Under the pieces are notes generated by a model, which saw only the letters and a program-made list of their open reading frames with translations, had not been told where the DNA came from and searched no databases. A stretch of DNA of 63,837 nucleotides, counting the filler, from Octopus bimaculoides (lineage: Eukaryota), in the NCBI RefSeq assembly GCF_001194135.2. It is 8 parts of 6 records of this genome, joined end to end, with 100 filler letters (N's around TTAATTAATTAA, not from the genome) between each part and the next. Parts side by side here need not be neighbours in the genome. Positions count along the whole stretch, not along the records: positions 1 to 7,615 come from NC_068982.1; positions 7,716 to 19,253 come from NC_068989.1; 6 more parts are not named here. One strand, given 5' to 3'. Of this stretch, positions 1 to 13,450 are shown piece after piece. Positions within the stretch are counted from its first letter, which is position 1. The number at the start of each line of letters is the position of its first letter. The position numbers and the translations under genes are program-made.

Positions 1-44
1 ATATTTGTATGTATATATATACATACTATTCTTGGTAATATTTA

Positions 45-52
<8 letters not shown>

Positions 53-92
<40 letters not shown>

Positions 93-178
93 ATACAATA
101 TATATGTGGATGTGTATGTATATTATGTGTGTATGTATGTATGTATGTATGTATGTATGTATGTATGTATGTATGTAT
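53..178. repeat. (TA)n and (GTAT)n microsatellites
   Basis: Directly visible. Confidence 0.95.
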
Positions 179-3100
179 ATAAATGTGTCTGTGTGTGATT
201 GTCAAGTTTAACTGCGGAACATAATTGATCAATTTGCAATGAAACAATGTTAATTTATGAATAAACACTAACAAATCTTAATACTAGAAATAAAATTAAA
301 CAAAATTTTGCGTCTTCTTAAATGCAGGCGCACAATCATTAATCATGTTGTGTGACCTTCACTGTGAGGGGAGAGGATAAATGTCACTCGAAGCAATTAA
401 ATCTGTAATGAATGACATAAAGGGGGTTGGAAACAATCCTAACATCAAGTTTTGAGATGACTCATTATTTGTTTTCATTTAATACAAACATGAAAAACAT
501 CATTTAATAAAATCAGCAAAAAGAACAAAATATAAATCAAGTCAATAATCGTGAACAATTATCGAAACTATAAAGGAAAACAAACAAACAAATTTAATGG
601 AAAATGAAAAAAATATTTAACGAGTAGTCTTAAAATGATATGCTGGGATTTTACCAGTCCCTCATGTCATTAATTAACGTTTAAATTGCTTCATGTGTCT
701 CTCAATGCCTTCACTACTTGATCTGTTATTATAACTCTTTATATGTGTATTTAATTTTGCATTTCTAGCTTTTCGTTGAAATACTATTTTTCGTTATAAA
801 TTACGGTGCTACTCCCCTTCACAATTTTGTTAAAGTAATATTAAGACCCAGTTATGTTGTATGAGTTGAAATAATTTGCGTTACTAGCATACTCATGGAC
901 ATGCATACATATACATATATTTGTGCGAGCATACAGTACATTCTCGACTTCGTATTTATTGTAAACGCCACTTGATATTACTTTCGTTAAGCTCTGAATT
1001 TCTAATAGAATTCTAAGAGCACTAACGTGAACGCGGCGTATTTTGACCATTGTAAACATAAACGTGACACTCTCCATTTCCCCACAAGGTTTCAACATAA
1101 CGGATTTCTTTCAGAGAGAAAGAGAGAAATAGGAAGAGAAATTCAATGGCAAAATCGATCTCAGCACTGGACTCTTTACTTATCAGAACCATAAAAGACA
1201 AAATCGAATTCGGCAGTACTTCAGGTCAGAACTCACAGAGCCGAAACCATACACTAATCACTCTTTAACTGAACGTAAAACGTATGGGGCTCCTTGCAGA
1301 TGGAGTGCCTTAAGAAATTATCAACTCAGCTACTCCATTTGTAACTAAGCAATATGAAATAAAAACTAAAAACAAAGAACAGAACAACGGACTTCAACTA
1401 CGTACACGTAGATACACACACACACACTTATGTTTATATTCTCTGTTGCAAATTACATAACTAAAGTTCTTTTCAATGCATGAATGAAAATACTTAAACA
1501 TTTTAATGATTATATCTTTATGGAAGTGCAGGAAAGAATAACAAATGTGCATGATGAATAAATGCAGAGGAGTTTCGCTGTGATAACATGGAAAATGTCT
1601 TCCATATTCCTGGGAATACTGAATCAATGTGGAACTGAACGATTGCTTGGGAAGGAAATCTTAGATCTGATCAATAAAAAATGCATTTAAATTGAGATTT
1701 TGCTGTTGTTGTTACTCCTGTTTGGGTATTTTTGTTGTATTAACTTTTTCTTTGTTATTGCCATACTTTTAGAGCCGGTACCAGTGCAAACGTCCTGTTT
1801 CTTGACTACTGCGCTGGGCAGAAAGTCGTTAAGCAGGAAGTGACTGTAAACATTTTCTTGATTTTCCTGATACGTTTTGAACATGAGCTTTACTTAAGAT
1901 TTACCTTTACTTCAATTTGTGAAACATAGCAGCTAACCGCCGCAGAAGCTTAATTTCCACTGACAAATGCAACGCATTCATTCATGTTTAGTGGATGATA
2001 ATGAATTTCTAGACCGGAGCTGTGGAGTACCTCATCCCATCACTCTAGTAGGGAACCTAACAGCAACTCTCACATAATACTTGCAGCGTGTGATCGCTCT
2101 TGGGCTGGATTTATATTCTGATTTGTATGTTACAGGGAATCATTCTCGGCCTTTGTGCAGTTAAACTAAAGACGGAGTTATTGCTGTTGTATAATTTGTT
2201 GCCCTGGATGTAGAACTTGTTTTATTTGATGTTTGTAGTGTATTCTTATCGTTGTTTGATGTATTGTTGCTGCCACCATTGTTGCTAGAGTTGCTTTCTT
2301 GTTCTTCAAGTATCTCATATTTTTTATTCCGTCTTTGTCCGTTTTTTTTTCTTAATGTTACTGCTATTATTGATGGTGTTGTTGCTCCTAAAATTAATGC
2401 TGTTCGGCTCTCCTATATTTTATCATAATACTACATTTGTGCATCTATGCTACTGCACTACGAGTTAGTTTCAGATTAAAATTTGTTTTTGCTTTGACAG
2501 GTGAAACTTTGAAGCCAGACCAAAGCGTTATTGTTACGCAACATACTATCCTGAATGCGTCCAGCAAACTGCAAGCGAAGTATTTCGTTTGTTAGCTGCA
2601 AAGAACAGAAAAATGCAATTTTTACTCTTGAGATATTGCAAGCTACTTTTACCCCGAGTACGTCTAGAACACAATTACCGGCAAAAATACAAACTTACAG
2701 GTGAATAGATTTACAGAAACGCGTTTAAGATCAGAGAATCCACCTCATACACGAGCATAACAACAATAACAATAATAACAACGCAACGACAGCCAAAAAC
2801 AGCAAATATGATGGTAAAATTAATGATAACAATAATGAAAATGCTGATAAAAATAATATTACTAACTACAAATCTGTAGACAGCTTCTGAAACCTAATAT
2901 TTGAAGTAAACTATTCTCGATACAATACGCTGACAAATAACTTACGTGTACCTTTTTTGATTTATTTGCTTAAATATTTTTCTTGACGCTCCCGTTGACT
3001 AGCCAAATAGAAATGAAGTCGGTACCATTACCACCAAAGACAGATTTTCTATTTTATTATTTCGTTTACTACTTCATTACTTACCTTTGAATGGGAAAGC

Positions 3101-3601
3101 AATTACATTCAAGTCAAAGAAATGAAGTTAATATATGAAAATTGATAGAATTTACGAAGTGTTTTCATCTTCTACTGCGAAACTGTTTATTCACTTCTCA
3201 TTAATGGTACTCTAGCGTAGCACAATTTTTGTTCTGGTTTACCCATAGGTCTTCAAAGCAAGAAAAGGATGAAATCGTATAAATCAAACATACACATATA
3301 CATTAATATAGGCGGATATATATAAAAATATATAAAACTACAAACTCACCACATATACATAAGCGTGCGTGAGTTTGTGTTTATACGTATAAAATAATGT
3401 AGGTGCATGCTTTCATACATATATACATGCATAGCTACATACATTTATATACATAAATATATGTAAGTATATATTTATATATGTATGTATGTTTATATAA
3501 TTGAATATATATAAAGTATATATAAAGTATATACATATATACATATATAAATATATACACATATGAATATATATCGATAAATATATATACATATCGATAA
3601 A

Positions 3602-3667
<66 letters not shown>

Positions 3668-3674
3668 CACACAC

Positions 3675-3721
<47 letters not shown>

Positions 3722-3755
3722 CATATATATATAGGCATTTGTATATACATATTAT

Positions 3756-3794
<39 letters not shown>

Positions 3795-4542
3795 ATGCGT
3801 ATATCCTTTTCACAAGTTTAGGAGTTTGAGCGAGTCGAGAAGCACTGAACCGTTAACAGCTGATAAATACAACCGATGATCAGAAGTAATCTAATCTAAA
3901 GAAACTTAATTTTCAGACAAGAATTCTCTTACTACCTAGACAAATGATTGAAAAATAAAAGTATTTTTGATCTTGCTTTGATAAATTCTGCTTTTATTTT
4001 GTTTTGTTACTACACTATATAAAACATAACAGATGAAATGGTTGAATTTCTATTAGGTTACCATTCAGACATCTATTAAATTGACTGGATGCAAAGAGTT
4101 TGGTCTTATAATGTTCCGATTATTTCCGACAGGTAGGACAACAACGTTGTATGCAATCCGTTTTCTATAGAAAAATACGAGATTTTAATAATAACCATCT
4201 GAATTGTTTTCATTTCTAATTTCACTATTAAGAATATTTTTGCGTGATAATATAGAGAAAAAAATAGCCCATTCAAAATATATACAATACATATTAAACG
4301 ACAGCGCGGTTGTGATAATTTGGATAATCATAGTAATAATAAATATTGGAAAGTCTGTTTCGAAAAAAGAGATTATAGTTAACAAAAGCTAATCATTATT
4401 TTGAAGTCATAAAGTAAACCATATAAAAATTACAATTTATATGTTGTAATTATGTGTTTCAACCTAATGCATTTTAGATATTAACTTTCAAATTCTAACT
4501 ACTGAATAGATTGCCGGCAAAATAAACAAAAATTTATACAGC

Positions 4543-4740
4543 AGAGGATGGGGGTTGAAAATATCCTGGCTGTAAGGATATCCCAAAAGGCCTGGCTGGA
4601 GGCCCAAACTTCTGAGTTCTTTTACAAGACTTAGAAAAACTGAAGTAAGTGTGTGCATCTGAGATGGAAATATGTGGAATGAAATCCTCTTCCAGTACTT
4701 TCTTTTATTCAAAGCCGGAAACTTTTCACCACCCTCTCGT
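4543..4740 (+). mobile_element. Mariner-derived MITE
   Basis: About 200 bp with imperfect TIRs (GAGGATGGGGGTTGAAAATATCCTGGCT versus the reverse complement of AAAGCCGGAAACTTTTCACCACCCTCTCGT). It retains mariner C-terminal residues KAWLEAQTSEFFY..DLEKLK..KCVHLRWKYVE*. Confidence 0.72.
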
Positions 4741-5847
4741 GTGTGTATGTATGTATGTACGTATGTATTGATATATGTATGTATGTGTATATATATATGT
4801 ATATATAAAGTAATAAATATACATGTATGTATATATATATATATATATATATATNNNNNNNNNNNNNNNNNNNNNNNNNNNNNNNNNNNNNNNNNNNNNN
4901 NNNNNNNNNNNNNNNNNNNNNNNNNNNNNNNNNNNNNNNNNNNNNNNNNNNNNNNNNNNNNNNNNNNNNNNNNNNNNNNNNNNNNNNNNNNNNNNNNNNN
5001 NNNNNNNNNNNNNNNNNNNNNNNNNNNNNNNNNNNNNNNNNNNNNNNNNNNNNNNNNNNNNNNNNNNNNNNNNNNNNNNNNNNNNNNNNNNNNNNNNNNN
5101 NNNNNNNNNNNNNNNNNNNNNNNNNNNNNNNNNNNNNNNNNNNNNNNNNNNNNNNNNNNNNNNNNNNNNNNNNNNNNNNNNNNNNNNNNNNNNNNNNNNN
5201 NNNNNNNNNNNNNNNNNNNNNNNNNNNNNNNNNNNNNNNNNNNNNNNNNNNNNNNNNNNNNNNNNNNNNNNNNNNNNNNNNNNNNNNNNNNNNNNNNNNN
5301 NNNNNNNNNNNNNNNNNNNNNNNNNNNNNNNNNNNNNNNNNNNNNNNNNNNNNNNNNNNNNNNNNNNNNNNNNNNNNNNNNNNNNNNNNNNNNNNNNNNN
5401 NNNNNNNNNNNNNNNNNNNNNNNNNNNNNNNNNNNNNNNNNNNNNNNNNNNNNNNNNNNNNNNNNNNNNNNNNNNNNNNNNNNNNNNNNNNNNNNNNNNN
5501 NNNNNNNNNNNNNNNNNNNNNNNNNNNNNNNNNNNNNNNNNNNNNNNNNNNNNNNNNNNNNNNNNNNNNNNNNNNNNNNNNNNNNNNNNNNNNNNNNNNN
5601 NNNNNNNNNNNNNNNNNNNNNNNNNNNNNNNNNNNNATGAGAGGGGTGACGATGAAGGTGGAAGGGGAAGGTAGATGTAAGAGAGGGGGAAGGTGGGTAT
5701 GGGAGGGGGGAGAAAGAGAGTGAGAGAGAAGAGAGTGAGAGAGAGAGAGTAAGAGAGAAGAGAGTGAGAGAGAGAGAGGAAGAGAGAAGAGAGTGAGAGA
5801 GAGTAAGAGAGTAAGGGTGAGAGAGTAAGAGAGTAAGAGTGTGTGTT

Positions 5848-6296
5848 ACCTTGGGCAAGTGCCTTCTGCTATAGCCTCGGACTGACCAAAGTTTTGTGAG
5901 TTGATTTGGGAGACGGGAATTCTTTGTAATAATAACAACTATTTTATATCAATCTGAAGGGTTACTCTTCACTTTATGGAGTACAAATTTATTTTTAAAC
6001 AACAATATCGTTGACAGGGATTTTGAAGATCCGGCAAGTTAAAATGCACGCGCGTATATTTGTGTGTAGTTTGTGTATGTGTTTGTGTATCTTATTGTCT
6101 ATTTTTGTACTCCACAACCGCTTAGCAACCGGTGTTGTCGTGTTTACGCTGCATTAACTTAAAGTTTCAACAAAAGTGACCGATTGAATAAGTAGCAAGC
6201 TTTAAAATGTAAGCACTGGATCAATTCGTGCGGCTACAATTCTTCAAGTCGCTCTTCTAGCATAGCTGCAGTCTAATAACTGAAAAAGGTAAAGGA
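5848..6296 (+). mobile_element. Diverged SINE family A pieces
   Basis: ACCTTGGGCAAGTGCCTTCTGCTATAGCCTCGG at 5848 and a degenerate tail at about 6110-6296. Confidence 0.68.
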
Positions 6297-6769
6297 TATA
6301 AAATTAAAGGGTGATTCAGAAATCCGAGTGGTTTCCTCAGTGAGTACTCCGACAGATACCAGATTACATAGTGCATAGGAGTGGACAGTTTTTTGAAAGA
6401 AACCTTTTCATACAAACGTCAATTACTGGACATAATTCATCGAAGATCAGAAAAGATGTATTACAATTCAAAGATACAGGTGATGGTGATGTATTTATTC
6501 CTACATTACGATCGTTTCAGCAACACATAGATTAGATATCTTATGAATACTAATATTTGTGTAATGTTAGAGCATATTGCATGTTATTTGTGTTCATCGC
6601 AGCAATATTGAATAAAAGCAACACCTCCCCTCAACTGAGACGAAGGTGGATGACAAATAATATGGTACGATATTACACGAACTTTTATATTGATGATACA
6701 TCTGAAACATTTATAGTTGAAACGATCTCAATGGTGGAATGAAGGTAATACCGCAAGCTCTATTCTGTG

Positions 6770-6802
<33 letters not shown>

Positions 6803-7245
6803 ATANNNNNNNNNNCTACCTACCTACCTACCTACCTACCTATCTATCTATCTATTTATCTATCTGTCTCTCTGTCTGTCTATCTATCTTTCTGTCTGTC
6901 TGTCTATCCATCTATCTATGTATCTATTTATTTATTTGTCTGCCAAACAGAGAAATCAAATTTATTCAGTTGATGGAAACTTTTGATGAACGTAGATTAT
7001 ATAAATAAATTAATGTATCTGCTCTTTAAAGCTTCTATCATATTAGAGTTCCCCAGTGAAAAATATTCTATTTGGGAACATTACAATATATCAATATCAA
7101 GAGGGAAAGAGAAGTGAGTTTGTATCGGTCACTATGAAAATGAAAATGTGATATTTCATTATTTAACTCATTCTATTACATATGTGACCTACTACCATAT
7201 TTGCATTTGTATTTGTTATAGACATGAGAGATTTCTATTTTGGCA

Positions 7246-7276
<31 letters not shown>

Positions 7277-7659
7277 TTATGTTTGACTTTTGTTTTGCAT
7301 TTGTACAAGTTGGATCCAAGTCTCACCCAGAGACCTCAAGAGACAACAAGTTAGAAGTTCATGTAGGTGTTATGCCTAGGGTACCATATATTTGGATTTG
7401 TACAGTTTTGTTCAAGTGAATGTTTAAGAAACCATAAGAAAATTATGTTTGCTTTAAAATTTGAGATCACATAGACAGTATTTTACGTAGGATATGGGCA
7501 GTTCCCATGAGCACTATCTTTTGGACTTCAGCCATTTTGGGGTTTCCTGGTATCTGAGCTAGGTAGTAATCAGCCCGTTTCGCTGTCATTCCCAGGGCAC
7601 CTATGACAATAGGTANNNNNNNNNNNNNNNNNNNNNNNNNNNNNNNNNNNNNNNNNNNN

Positions 7660-7671
7660 TTAATTAATTAA
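7660..7671. other. Scaffolding gap marker TTAATTAATTAA (also at 19298, 24510, 38444, 56372, 60382, 62465)
   Basis: The same 12-mer is centred in each 100-nt N gap and gives stops in all six frames. It is an assembly artefact. Confidence 0.95.
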
Positions 7672-7715
7672 NNNNNNNNNNNNNNNNNNNNNNNNNNNNN
7701 NNNNNNNNNNNNNNN

Positions 7716-7840
7716 GGTTAGGGTTATGATTAGTTTTGCCATAACCTCACTCATAACCCTAACCCTAACCCTAAAACCCTATAACCCATAACCATAACTC
7801 TAACCCTAACCCCAACCCTAACCCTAAAACCCTAAACCCT
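7716..7840. repeat. Degenerate interstitial telomeric repeats (TTAGGG/CCCTAA)
   Basis: GGTTAGGGTTA at 7716, followed by about 12 degenerate TAACCC units at 7754-7840. Confidence 0.8.
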
Positions 7841-8306
7841 TACTGGGGAATAATGATATAATTAAACAGGGAATAACACTCTTGACACCGGCAAAAATTA
7901 TTGTTTACAAAAACAGCAGTAACTGTATTCAGCTGAATAGACGTCAGTGATTGTTTGAAATTACAGAAATACGACAACTTTAACATGAAATAACTTGCGA
8001 TGTACAATTTTTTGTTAAGAAGGCTAAGAGGAAAAGTTGTTTTATATGACACATTCTACCAGTATCCCAAGATTGAAAGTGTTTCAGAAAGATCCGGTTA
8101 AAGTATATATTTAAATCGTTATGTCAGAAAAATGTTATAAAATTTTGGGTATAGAAACATTGTATTTGGAGAAATAACCGGTTTCGTGTTTTCTTTTCGG
8201 TCCAGTGTATAAAATGGAGATTTTTTTCTCTCCTTGTTTTTTGCTCTCCTTTTTTTCTCTCCTTTTTTTTCTCTCCTTGTTTTTCTCCTTGTTTTTCTCT
8301 TTATTT

Positions 8307-8435
8307 CTTTCTGTTGAAGAGCGTAGCACGAAACGTTAAAGACTTTCTCTATTCCCGAGCGTTAAACTAATACATCCTTTTGTTGTTTACACCACCTGTC
8401 CTCATCTGTTGTTGTTTTTTCGTAAATTCTCCCAT
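8307..8435 (+). mobile_element. Penelope-type terminal repeat with degenerate hammerhead
   Basis: CTTT-CTGTTGA-AGAGCGTAGCAC-GAAACGTT-AAAG followed by about 100 bp nearly identical to 56938-57055. Confidence 0.62.
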
Positions 8436-9164
8436 ATATATATATATATATATATATACATATCACATATTGAAATATATTTATTTATTTATTTATGTGT
8501 TTCAGCCAAGTGGCTGCGGTCATGCTGGAGCACCATATTCAGAAAAATTATTTATATATATATGGATAAGCTTGCGTATTTGTGCGTGTGTGTTGTGTTT
8601 GCAAATATATAGTATTTCATGTATGTACATGTGTAACATATAACAGATGTATAGATGTATTAATGTTTATATACATATATATACCTCGATGTCAATATAT
8701 TCCATGGTTTTGTTGTTTTTTTACGCTGTACACATGTATATATAACATATACATACATACATACATGTATCTCTNNNNNNNNNNNNNNNNNNNNNNNNNN
8801 NNNNNNNNNNNNNNNNNNNNNNNNNNNNNNNNNNNNNNNNNNNNNNNNNNNNNNNNNNNNNNNNNNNNNNNNNNNNNNNNNNNNNNNNNNNNNNNNNNNN
8901 NNNNNNNNNNNNNNNNNNNNNNNNNNNNNNNNNNNNNNNNNNNNNNNNNNNNNNNNNNNNNNNNNNNNNNNNNNNNNNNNNNNNNNNNNNNNNNNNNNNN
9001 NNNNNNNNNNNNNNNNNNNNNNNNNNATCCCAAGCGGAGTTTTCGAATAGCTGTCCTTCAAACTCCTATAACTAAATGAATACATGAGGTATATTTCTTT
9101 TTTTTGTTTTGTACTTTTTGTTGTGGCTGGGGTATTTCATTTCTTACTATTCTTGATTCATATA

Positions 9165-9315
9165 TGTAAAATTACGCTTATCTATTACTTGGATTGCGGT
9201 CATGATGGGGCACCGCCTCCAAAGGTTAATTCGAATAAATCGACCACATTACTTGTTTTTAAGCCCGTTGCTTATTCTATCGTTCTTTTTACCACAGCAC
9301 TAGGTTGCACACACG

Positions 9316-9354
<39 letters not shown>

Positions 9355-9507
9355 TTATATATAGATAAATACATAATACATACATACACATACATACATA
9401 CATACATACATAGAGTGAGAGAAAGAGTGATAAATAGACAGATAGATATACATACATATTCTATAAATATGTATACATACATGGATACACACACACCAAA
9501 CACAGAT

Positions 9508-9541
<34 letters not shown>

Positions 9542-9750
9542 GAGAGAGAAAGATACATACATATTTTATATATATATATATACAAAATACGCACACTTAC
9601 ACACACACACACACACACATGCATCGTCTACCAAATCCACTTAAAAGGCTTTGGTCAACCTGGGGCTATAGCTGAAGGCACTAAAGATACCAAGCTGTGG
9701 GATTGAACCCAAACCATGTGGATGAGAAGCAAATTTCTTACCACAGTTAT
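9165..9750 (-). mobile_element. SINE family A with expanded internal microsatellites
   Basis: Tail at about 9165-9305 and head at about 9623-9750, separated by (CA)n/(GA)n/(TA)n tracts. Confidence 0.72.
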
Positions 9751-11271
9751 GGAAAAATTTTCAATCATTTTTGTCTTTTTAAAGTTTTGTTTCTTCATAT
9801 CCTTAAACATTTCCTTTACTATACGGTATGGGACTTCGTAGGAGAGCTCTTTATAAAACATCTGTGCACTCACCGTCGAATTCGACGTATTGCTTGATCA
9901 CGTAAACCACCAGCATGTTAAATGAGTTCGTTAGTGGCTAAGTATTCCAGAGACACGTGCATTTTTCATTGCCTCTAACAAAGCCTATTCCTATCCATAC
10001 ACCACCACCATCCTTTCTCAGCCATAATATTCGGTGCTATAGACTGGAACGAACACGATACAATGAAGTAGAGAAATTCGAAAAGACAACATTTCTCAAA
10101 ATACAATGTTTATATACCAAAAAGATTTTATAACATTTTTCTAATATTTTTCTAACATTTTTCTGACATAATTTAAATATATACTTTAACCATGTAACAC
10201 AAGCCTTCTGTAGTTTTTTCACTCTTATTATCTTTTATACATCCAACCACGTGCTTTCACATACCAACTTTCTCACCTATATATATATATATATATATAT
10301 ATNNNNNNNNNNNNNNNNNNNNNNNNNNNNNNNNNNNNNNNNNNNNNNNNNNNNNNNNNNNNNNNNNNNNNNNNNNNNNNNNNNNNNNNNNNNNNNNNNN
10401 NNNNNNNNNNNNNNNNNNNNNNNNNNNNNNNNNNNNNNNNNNNNNNNNNNNNNNNNNNNNNNNNNNNNNNNNNNNNNNNNNNNNNNNNNNNNNNNNNNNN
10501 NNNNNNNNNNNNNNNNNNNNNNNNNNNNNNNNNNNNNNNNNNNNNNNNNNNNNNNNNNNNNNNNNNNNNNNNNNNNNNNNNNNNNNNNNNNNNNNNNNNN
10601 NNNNNNNNNNNNNNNNNNNNNNNNNNNNNNNNNNNNNNNNNNNNNNNNNNNNNNNNNNNNNNNNNNNNNNNNNNNNNNNNNNNNNNNNNNNNNNNNNNNN
10701 NNNNNNNNNNNNNNNNNNNNNNNNNNNNNNNNNNNNNNNNNNNNNNNNNNNNNNNNNNNNNNNNNNNNNNNNNNNNNNNNNNNNNNNNNNNNNNNNNNNN
10801 NNNNNNNNNNNNNNNNNNNNNNNNNNNNNNNNNNNNNNNNNNNNNNNNNNNNNNNNNNNNNNNNNNNNNNNNNNNNNNNNNNNNNNNNNNNNNNNNNNNN
10901 NNNNNNNNNNNNNNNNNNNNNNNNNNNNNNNNNNNNNNNNNNNNNNNNNNNNNNNNNNNNNNNNNNNNNNNNNNNNNNNNNNNNNNNNNNNNNNNNNNNN
11001 NNNNNNNNNNNNNNNNNNNNNNNNNNNNNNNNNNNNNNNNNNNNNNNNNNNNNNNNNNNNNNNNNNNNNNNNNNNNNNNNNNNNNNNNNNNNNNNNNNNN
11101 NNNNNNNNNNNNNNNNNNNNNNNNNNNNNNNNNNNNNNNNNNNNNNNNNNNNNNNNNNNNNNNNNNNNNNNNNNNNNNNNNNNNNNNNNNNNNNNNNNNN
11201 NNNNNNNNNNNNNNNNNNNNNNNNNNNNNNNNNNNNNNNNNNNNNNNNNNNNNNNNNNNNNGGGGGGGGTC

Positions 11272-11355
11272 GATTTCTTCAAGTAAGAACCCTTTAGGCG
11301 GTGATCCAGCATGACCGCATTCAAAATGACCGAAACAAGTAAAAGAATAAAAGAA
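11272..11355 (+). mobile_element. SINE family A tail
   Basis: GGGGTCGATTTC..CCTTTAGGCGGTGATCCAGCATGACCGCA..GAAACAAGTAAAAGAATAAAAGA. Confidence 0.8.
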
Positions 11356-11499
11356 ATTATATATCAAATTGAGATAATACTGAATAATTCGCAATGACGT
11401 TGAATAGAAATATTCATACAGATTTTTTCCTTTCCTGAAGTGTGTATACATCTTAGCAGACTCTGTATATATATACATATATATATATATATATAGTCC

Positions 11500-12170
11500 A
11501 CAGTTGAGATCCAGAGATGCTCAATGTTGAAGACACGAAAATTGCCAATCTCTTTCCTAATACCTTGACTCCACTGATCTTTCTTCCATCAACATCAATC
11601 CATCAACTCTCAAAAGCAAACCTCCTCTACAGACCCACTGACCACCTCAAACCTATAATAACTACAAAGCACTCTATCTAGGCCCACCTACTATAACCAC
11701 ACTCTCTGAACATTCTAAAGGCAGAAAGCGGAAGTTCTTATGGTTCGCACCACATTTTTCCATCCAAGTTAAATCTCTACCCAAACTTTTCTTTAAAATC
11801 CTAAACTCTAACTTCCCACCACAGCATAAATATTATCTTATCTTTAATAAATCATTTGTTAAAATCTCCTATTCTATCACGCCTAATTTGGGATTCATAA
11901 TTGCCTCCCCTAGCAGAAGCAAACTACAACGCCAGTCCTTGCAACCTGCAATTTGTTTCACTGCATCCCACCTTAACCCACCTAGTGGCAATGATACAAA
12001 CCTCAATAACCCCACTTCGATTAAATAATAACAGACTTAGGGCATCTTCCCACAATACTACCCATGTGATCACATATACTAGCGGTGATACCCCCTCCCA
12101 ATCTAATACTGACATTGATTATACCTCCAATAACGGACCATAGGAACTTCACCTTCCTAACGGTAAATTC
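11500..12170 (+). mobile_element. Penelope-like element fragment (post-RT linker)
   Basis: A frameshifted translation from about 11717 gives RKRKFLWFAPHFSIQVK / FFKILNSNFPPQHKYYLIFNKSFVKISYSITPNLGFIIAS. This matches the RKRNIIWFNPPFS...FPP.HK...IFN...VKISYSC.PN pattern. Confidence 0.8.
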
Positions 12171-12239
12171 TAACCGCAGAGCAGGTAGGAAAACTTGCAA
12201 TTGTCAGGTGTATCAACTCTGACCTCTTGGGGGTTTTTG

Positions 12240-12422
12240 CACGAAATGCTTAGTGGTATTTCGTCTGTTTTCATGTTCTGAGTTCAAATTCCGCCGAGGT
12301 CGACTTTACCTTTCATCCTTTTGGGGTCGATAAATTAGGTACCTGCTGCGTACTGGGGTCGATCTAATCGACTGGCTCCCTCCCCAAAAATTTCAGGCCT
12401 TGTGCCTAGAGTAGAAAAGAAT
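12240..12422 (+). mobile_element. SINE family B, 5'-truncated, young
   Basis: Close match to the 28774 copy through GTAGAAAAGAAT. Confidence 0.9.
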
Positions 12423-12607
12423 TTCTTGCCGAACAACCACACAGATGATTTTGAGTAAAACACTTCGTTTCGTGTTGTTTTGGTCCACTCGGCTGTAAAA
12501 CTGCAAATAGGTAACCCTGCAACGGACTGACATCCCAATCAGAAGGAAATGTAGGCCTGGCCGCCCTGCAACCGAATATCTTATGTTGGCACGCATACAT
12601 ACATACA

Positions 12608-12639
<32 letters not shown>

Positions 12640-13150
12640 CACAAATACAGTCATAAATACATTCATACATACATAAAGCATACAAATCTGCACGTACATA
12701 CAAAAATACCTTGTTGTTGATATTGAAATTCCAATGAAGGAGCCTTGGATCTGAGTTAGAGACCGGTTCTTTCTCTGTTGGTAAGAAATCTTGAAATAAA
12801 CTGAATAATGACATACATACATATATACATACATACATACATACATTCNNNNNNNNNNNNNNNNNNNNNNNNNNNNNNNNNNNNNNNNNNNNNNNNNNNN
12901 NNNNNNNNNNNNNNNNNNNNNNNNNNNNNNNNNNNNNNNNNNNNNNNNNNNNNNNNNNNNNNNNNNNNNNNNNNNNNNNNNNNNNNNNNNNNNNNNNNNN
13001 NNNNNNNNNNNNNNNNNNNNNNNNNNNNNNNNNNNNNNNNNNNNNNNNNNNNNNNNNNNNNNNNNNNNNNNNNNNNNNNNNNNNNNNNNNNNNNNNNNNN
13101 NNNNNNNNNNNNNNNNNNNNNNNNNNNNNNNNNNNNNNNNNNNNNNNNNN

Positions 13151-13450
13151 CTATAGCCTCGGGCCGACCAAAGCCTTGTGAGTGGATTTGGTAGACGGAA
13201 ACTGAAAGAAGCCCGTCGTATATATGTATATATATATATGTCTGTGTGTTTGTGTGTCTGTGTTTGTCCCTCTAGCATTGCTTGACAACCGATGCTGGTG
13301 TGCTTATGTCCCCGTCACTTAGCGGTTCGGCAAAAATGACCGTTAGAATAAGCACTAGGCTTACAAAGAATAAGTCCTGGGTCGATTTCCTCGACTAAAG
13401 GCGGTGCTCCAGCATGGCCGCAGTCAAATGACTGAAACAAGTAAAAGAGT
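13151..13450 (+). mobile_element. SINE family A, head lost in gap
   Basis: CTATAGCCTCGGGCCGACCAAAGCCTTGTGAGTGGATTTGGTAGACGG...GGCGGTGCTCCAGCATGGCCGCAGTC..GAAACAAGTAAAAGAG. Confidence 0.92.

Noticed and set aside
7660-7671. Recurring TTAATTAATTAA palindrome
   Set aside because: It is always centred in 100-nt N gaps, so it is a synthetic scaffolding marker.
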